A stretch of 64,000 nucleotides of DNA. Source: Bacteroidales bacterium. GTDB taxonomy: Bacteria; Bacteroidota; Bacteroidia; Bacteroidales; UBA4181. A model generated the notes under the pieces. It was given only the letters and a program-made list of their open reading frames with translations, did no database searches and was not told where the DNA came from. Position numbers and translations under genes: made by a program. Within the stretch, counting starts at the first letter, position 1. Each line of letters begins with the position of its first letter. The stretch is from the NCBI GenBank assembly GCA_017523725.1, contig JAFWVY010000033.1, positions 15,385-79,384 of the forward strand, written 5' to 3'. Shown here in pieces: positions 58,828 through 64,000 of this stretch.

Positions 58828-60330
58828 ATGAGAATGATGAAAAATAAAACGAATCTATTCTGCATGGCGGCGTTGCTCGCTGCCTGCAGTTTCTGCGGGT
58901 GCAACGATGACGAATCCATTGCTCCCGAGAATCAAATCGGGGTTTCGGTCACTGCCGAGGACCTGGCCACCAAGGGCTCGGCCATCACAACGACCAGCCT
59001 TGCGCAGTTCGGCGTGGACGGATTTTTGACGACGGCCGTCGCCGGCAAGGAGACCCACTACATCAACAACGGCGTGGTGAACAAATCCGACACTGACTGG
59101 ACGCCGATTTACCAGGCCGGGTCGACGACGGCCTATGCCTGGGCCAGTTCGCCCATCGCTTTCTGGGCGCGGGCGCCGTACGCGCAGGCCGTGACCTTTG
59201 CTGAAGATTTCAGTACCATGAGTTTTAATTACACGCTGCCGGCACACACGTCCGACAATGCCGACGCCACGCTGCAGCAGGATATCGTGGCGGCCTACAC
59301 CAAGGTCAGCTATGCCGACACCGAGGCGAGCACCTATACCGCCGGCAAAGGCAAGGTGAACTTTACGTTCGGCCATGCGCTTGCAGGCATCCGCTTCGAC
59401 ATCACCGATCTGGAAGAAGGCTGGACGCTGACGAAGGTGACGCTTTCCGGCATCTACGCAGGCGGCTCTTGTACCGTCACGCCCGCTACGAGTGGGGCAC
59501 CCACTTTCGCCTGGACGCTCGGTACGGCCACCGGGACCTATGTCCAGACGGTCACGTCGTCCGATTTCGAAGAAGTGACAGTCGGCGAGGGCGTGGAAGC
59601 TGTGACTTCGACTCTTCTCAAGGAGAGCACCGGCAAGGTGTTCTTCATCCCGCCGCAGACCTTCCCCACGGGCGCGACAGTGACGCTGACGCTAAAAAAA
59701 GGCACGCGCACGGTCGACGTCTCGGCCAGCATCGCGGGCCAGGAAGTCGTGATGGCCAATATGTACACCTTCCAGGTTGCTGTCGCCGACAGGTTCGAGA
59801 GCATCACCCTGAACGGCGTGGCGCTGGCCTGGACTGCCAAAGATGTGGCGGTGGCAACCAACAATACCCCTCAGGCGTCTCAGTTCGTGGTTACGGGAGA
59901 AGAAAACCATGGCATCCAGAACGTCTATGAAATACACCATACAGAAGAGGGCAAACCTTACCGTCAGACCTGGATTTTACACAATGGAAATCATCCGGCC
60001 ACTATAACCTTCAAGGTGTTCTCCCCGGTAGATGGAACATACGAGATTGTGCCATACGTTAAGAAAGCAAATGGCACAATCACAACAGACATTGCCGGAT
60101 TCCAAGTGGACGGAACCCTCAGCGGCCCCATCGGAGGCACTGGCCACACGCACGAAGCAACCAAGGTTGAGTTTACCGTCAGACACAACAATGCTCCAAA
60201 TGGAGATCAGCTCTTCTTCAAGACTTATGTGACAGACGCCGACGGCGTGCGTCACAGCCTGGACTCCGAAACCCAGCTTTATGACATGCGTGGTTATCAC
60301 TACTTCAGGATTGACGATCCTCTGCAATAA
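58828..60330 (+). CDS. fimbrillin-family lipoprotein, 500 aa (module B, gene 1)
   Basis: Lipobox FCGC + NDDES. It shares a 29-nt identical stretch with the 495-aa gene at the lipobox. The likely true start is MKNKT at 58837. Confidence 0.8.
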   Translation: MRMMKNKTNLFCMAALLAACSFCGCNDDESIAPENQIGVSVTAEDLATKGSAITTTSLAQFGVDGFLTTAVAGKETHYINNGVVNKSDTDWTPIYQAGSTTAYAWASSPIAFWARAPYAQAVTFAEDFSTMSFNYTLPAHTSDNADATLQQDIVAAYTKVSYADTEASTYTAGKGKVNFTFGHALAGIRFDITDLEEGWTLTKVTLSGIYAGGSCTVTPATSGAPTFAWTLGTATGTYVQTVTSSDFEEVTVGEGVEAVTSTLLKESTGKVFFIPPQTFPTGATVTLTLKKGTRTVDVSASIAGQEVVMANMYTFQVAVADRFESITLNGVALAWTAKDVAVATNNTPQASQFVVTGEENHGIQNVYEIHHTEEGKPYRQTWILHNGNHPATITFKVFSPVDGTYEIVPYVKKANGTITTDIAGFQVDGTLSGPIGGTGHTHEATKVEFTVRHNNAPNGDQLFFKTYVTDADGVRHSLDSETQLYDMRGYHYFRIDDPLQ

Positions 60331-60351
60331 TTCTAATCAAGGCAAACAGTT

Positions 60352-62997
60352 ATGAAAAGATATTTCACCATATTGACGATAGCAATCACCGCCGCCTGGG
60401 GTCTGGCATCCTGCAATGATGATGCGATGACAGAGCCGGAGACCGGCAGCGACAGCATCATTCTGTCGCTTACCAGCGGTGATATGGCCACAAAGGCAGA
60501 CGATGATACACCGGTCAGTTTCGAGAATGCGATAGACCATTTCGATTTTTTCTTCTTTGATGATGCAGCGGGGACAATTCCCACCGCAGGCATGCATGGC
60601 CGTGCAAGCGGTTCCAGCAAAGTGCTGGCAACCGGCGTCGGCGAGACGTTCGAGGCCCTCAGGGAAGGCACACATTATGTCTATATCCTGGCTAACTATC
60701 CGAGTGACATCGACCATTCCCACGATTGGGAACTCGAAGATATCCTTGCACTTCCAATCAACAGCCCTATCGCCGAGGAGAAAATAATGGCGGAGAACCC
60801 CGAGACCCACAAGATGGAGGAGACGGGAGCGGTAAGGTTCTGCAGCAATCTGGTCATGGACTCCTACGCCGTTTCGGGCGGAACGGCCACCTATACCACG
60901 GAACTGACCCCCGCCAAGATACGCGAACAGCGTGAGGTGACCATCCGTCTGAGCCGTGTGGCCGTCAAACTCAACCTTGCGCTCAATATCGAGTCTAGCG
61001 TTGCGGGCACCATCGGCGACACCTGGATCCCGATTCTCAAGGACCTTCAGGCATACTACGTCAATGCGCTTAACAACAAGTCAACCGTAAGCGGAGCCCC
61101 TGTCAACCGTGCGGAAATCCCGGCTGCCAATGCTGGCGATTATGAGTATTTCACTTACCCTACGGCTTACGCCGTTGACAGCGTTTCGGCCACCGAGAGC
61201 GTGTTCAAATATGCAGCTGCCCCTGTCTATACCTATCCTCAGGAGTGGACCTCAGGAGACGAAGGCGAGCCGTATTTCAAGGTTTTCATGCCTTGGTACA
61301 GCAACAAGAGGGGAACGTCCAACTTCTATTACAAGATTGCCGTTCCCAAGCCGGCAAGCGGCACCACGTGGACCCTGGAACGCAACACCTGCTACAACGT
61401 AACGGTTGACCTTGCCGTGGTGGATGCCGGTAACGACTATATTGAGGTGGACGGTAGCTTCACCATCCAGGACTGGGGCACCGGCGGAGCTCCCGGCGGA
61501 AGCGGACTCGCCGCAGCCAAGTTCTTCGATGTTCCGGTCAGGGAGTACACCTTGTACAGTAAAGAGAGCTTAGCCATCCCTTATTCTTCGAGTTCTGCAG
61601 TTACTGCTTATTTCACAGAGATTGACTATTGGTACTACGGCTCCACCAACGGGACACACTATCATTTCCGTTTCGACCCGGCCGATGCGGTCTCTACAGT
61701 AACTCTGCCTACGGACAAGGACTCCGACAATCAGACGCTGAACGTTACGAATTATGCCGGTACTTCGGTGAATGCCGCAAAGGATTTGAATCAATACAGT
61801 CTTTCGGCTAACGGAAAGACCGTCACTTTTACTCATAACTTGAACGACGTTTTCTCCGTACGCACCATCAAACTGGTTATCAAGAACCAGGAAGGCAGGA
61901 CGGCGGAAGTAACCCTTGTCCAGCATCCGGCCATAGAGGTAAAGGCGCATAATTCCAAGAATATGTTTCTGGATGGTTGGTATTATTTGGGAACAAAAGA
62001 TGTCTGTGACGCCGATGGCAACCTGACCGGTTATAAATTCACGTCGTCCGGGAACTCGTATATGCCTAATACAGATTATTGGCGTACTCGTACTGCATGG
62101 ACGCCCACCTCAGGTAATTCCGGTAATGGAACTCTTTATGCAGGTGGAAGCACGAGCGTAAGAGCGGATCACTTTTTCCTGACGGAGGTTTCTGTGTCTG
62201 CGTTCTCCGAGACGAACAACAAGTATAAAGTACGTGCGGGAAGCAACACTGGTGACATCACGGAAAAGGCCTATCGTCTGGGAGATCCCCGTGTTCGGGC
62301 CGGTGTGCATTACAACTCTACCACGTCCGACGGCACTACGCCTAGATTTGTTCTCAAACCTTATCTTTACAGCGATAAAGCAAGGCGCCAGGACAATGGA
62401 GACGGTACCTATACGCAATTGACCGATGCCTCTGCTGATGTCACAAAGGCCTGGGAAGAACCGCTCAAGATTTTGATTGCATCCCAAAAGGCTGCCGACC
62501 AGAATGTAATCGCGCCCCGCCTGCTTGTCTCCTCGCATATGAACATCACCGGCGGTGTTCCTTGGAACAATAATGACGGTACCGGAGTTGTACAGCGTTG
62601 CGCCATGTATCAGGAAGCCGGCTATCCGGCCGGTCGCTGGCGCCTGCCTACCGAAGCCGAGTTCGCCTTCATGATGAAACTCCAGGCGGATGGTACGCTG
62701 CCGGGATTGTTTGCGGCAGATTGTTACTATCGAGTGTCGGATGGACGTAGAATTCATGTTGGTACGGGTAACAATGTGGTTCCTTATGTCGCGAATGAAG
62801 ATTCTTCCCAAAATACTTACATCCGCATGGTCTATGACCTCTGGTATTGGGGCGACGATCCCACGGAAGGCGTCGAAAAGATCCGCACGCCGGAAATGAT
62901 GACCGACTGGGAAAAGGCGATCGATCTTGCAACGGGTCTGCCCAACTGGAAAGCCCACTGGGCCGACTACTATCACGCCAATATGCACGAACGCTAA
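60352..62997 (+). CDS. 881-aa FimA/Mfa-like pilin-family lipoprotein with a DUF1566-like C-terminal motif (module B, gene 2)
   Basis: Lipobox LASC + NDDAMTEPE, T-K at 48, IDHFDFFFF, YQEAGYPAGRWRLPTEAEFAFM. Confidence 0.75.
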   Translation: MKRYFTILTIAITAAWGLASCNDDAMTEPETGSDSIILSLTSGDMATKADDDTPVSFENAIDHFDFFFFDDAAGTIPTAGMHGRASGSSKVLATGVGETFEALREGTHYVYILANYPSDIDHSHDWELEDILALPINSPIAEEKIMAENPETHKMEETGAVRFCSNLVMDSYAVSGGTATYTTELTPAKIREQREVTIRLSRVAVKLNLALNIESSVAGTIGDTWIPILKDLQAYYVNALNNKSTVSGAPVNRAEIPAANAGDYEYFTYPTAYAVDSVSATESVFKYAAAPVYTYPQEWTSGDEGEPYFKVFMPWYSNKRGTSNFYYKIAVPKPASGTTWTLERNTCYNVTVDLAVVDAGNDYIEVDGSFTIQDWGTGGAPGGSGLAAAKFFDVPVREYTLYSKESLAIPYSSSSAVTAYFTEIDYWYYGSTNGTHYHFRFDPADAVSTVTLPTDKDSDNQTLNVTNYAGTSVNAAKDLNQYSLSANGKTVTFTHNLNDVFSVRTIKLVIKNQEGRTAEVTLVQHPAIEVKAHNSKNMFLDGWYYLGTKDVCDADGNLTGYKFTSSGNSYMPNTDYWRTRTAWTPTSGNSGNGTLYAGGSTSVRADHFFLTEVSVSAFSETNNKYKVRAGSNTGDITEKAYRLGDPRVRAGVHYNSTTSDGTTPRFVLKPYLYSDKARRQDNGDGTYTQLTDASADVTKAWEEPLKILIASQKAADQNVIAPRLLVSSHMNITGGVPWNNNDGTGVVQRCAMYQEAGYPAGRWRLPTEAEFAFMMKLQADGTLPGLFAADCYYRVSDGRRIHVGTGNNVVPYVANEDSSQNTYIRMVYDLWYWGDDPTEGVEKIRTPEMMTDWEKAIDLATGLPNWKAHWADYYHANMHER

Positions 62998-63016
62998 TCA
63001 GAAAAGGAGAAAAACA

Positions 63017-64000
63017 ATGAAAGTAGCAAAATATATAGCAGCGATTGTCCTGTTGGCCGGCCTTGTTTCCTGCCAGAAAGAATACGAGGCGGAGGTTCAG
63101 ACCGCCCAGGATGCTCATCCCGGAATGGTAGAGGTTCCGTTCACCGTCCATTTTCCCGAACCGTTGCCGCTTGGCACCAAATCGGTTATGGGAGAGGGCC
63201 CTGCCGAGACGGGCTTCAGCCTTGGATTCTGTCTCTATGGTGCCGGCGACGGTTTTGTCCAGAACTGGCAGACGGCAGAATCGGTTACACCGGCCACCAA
63301 TTCTCAAGGATTAATTACGGGAGGCACCTTTAAAGTGTGGCTTCCTCTCACCGACGAGAAACGCATCGTCCATGTCATTGCCGATATCCCTGCCGATGCA
63401 AATCCTGGCAACCCGAATGCCGCAAACCCTATCACCAACACCTACATCGACAAAACGATGGAGTTGCTCGTGACCGGCAACAAGGAGGGTGCCTATTGGC
63501 AGGAAATTGTGCTTGAGAACGGCATCAGGCAGCATCTGAACGGTTCAACCTATAAGCCCGACAATGATGTAGTGGAAGCGCTCAGCGACATTCACCTGGT
63601 GCGCATTTTCGCCAAAATAACGGTAACCAGCGAGAATCCGTCTTCGGAGAACTACGACGGATTCCAGGTAAAGCGCTGGGCTCTCATCAATGTCCCTACC
63701 ATGGGTTATGTGGCGCCTTATACCGGCGATGCTTCTAACCGTTTCCCCAAGGGTTATACCAACATCAAGGCCTATACGGGGGTTGATGCCCTGCTGAACC
63801 AGCTCAGCGGAACAGAGGAAGGTCAGGATAATTACGCGGGGGCCATTCCTCCGGATGCGGAGATCGACGAAATTTTCCCCGGCAATCCTGACGGAGAAGG
63901 TGCTGTCAACTATACCGTGGGCGGAGGCTCCCAGTATATGTACGAACGTCCTCTTCCGACCAGCACCCAGAAGCAGACAGCTGTGCTGGTGGAGGTGGAG
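63017..64000 (+). CDS. FimA/Mfa-like pilin-family lipoprotein, N-terminal 328 codons (module B, gene 3; runs off the right edge)
   Basis: Hand translation gives MKVAKYIAAIVLLAGLVSCQKEYEAE...GFCLYGAGDGFVQNW...QYMYERPLPT, open to the window end. It is a paralog of 56701..58746 and is not in the ORF track. Confidence 0.75.
   Translation, partial: MKVAKYIAAIVLLAGLVSCQKEYEAEVQTAQDAHPGMVEVPFTVHFPEPLPLGTKSVMGEGPAETGFSLGFCLYGAGDGFVQNWQTAESVTPATNSQGLITGGTFKVWLPLTDEKRIVHVIADIPADANPGNPNAANPITNTYIDKTMELLVTGNKEGAYWQEIVLENGIRQHLNGSTYKPDNDVVEALSDIHLVRIFAKITVTSENPSSENYDGFQVKRWALINVPTMGYVAPYTGDASNRFPKGYTNIKAYTGVDALLNQLSGTEEGQDNYAGAIPPDAEIDEIFPGNPDGEGAVNYTVGGGSQYMYERPLPTSTQKQTAVLVEVE

Overview
The window looks like a GC-rich Bacteroidales chromosome, possibly Rikenellaceae/Alistipes-like. 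The evidence is canonical Bacteroidetes TTTG/TAnnTTTG promoters, no Shine-Dalgarno sites, and many Cys-lipobox lipoproteins. All family names come from motif recognition by eye. No searches were run.

Positions 1-39 kb are mostly housekeeping: dxs (partial), ribE, ruvB, rpiB, hemW, pheS, panE, mnmG-ybeY-envC-like-DUF4292-dut-flippase, polA, tig-clpP-clpX and three tRNAs. Scattered among them are pectin/arabinogalactan enzymes (GH53, an unassigned GH, GH115, PL10-like). There is also a porin-imelysin-DUF1111 di-heme-CcsB-CcsA operon, a His-rich COG0523 GTPase and a low-GC HigBA-like toxin-antitoxin islet. A large MG2/CarboxypepD_reg gene is split by a 1-nt frameshift.

Positions 43-64 kb are the accessory region and the most interesting part. 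A tyrosine recombinase sits between two outward-facing clusters of at least nine paralogous type V pilin-like lipoprotein genes. One carries a CotH kinase-like domain and several carry lectin-like C-termini. The only canonical promoter lies next to the recombinase. The first gene of the right-hand cluster has no start codon or signal peptide. Frame-matched perfect inverted repeats of 16, 17 and 21 bp bracket the recombinase. I read this as a possible shufflon-like inversion switch for alternative pilus/adhesin sets. It is untested and could instead reflect plain paralogy.

A candidate ~200-nt structured RNA and a 45-bp hairpin repeat flank tRNA-Ala.
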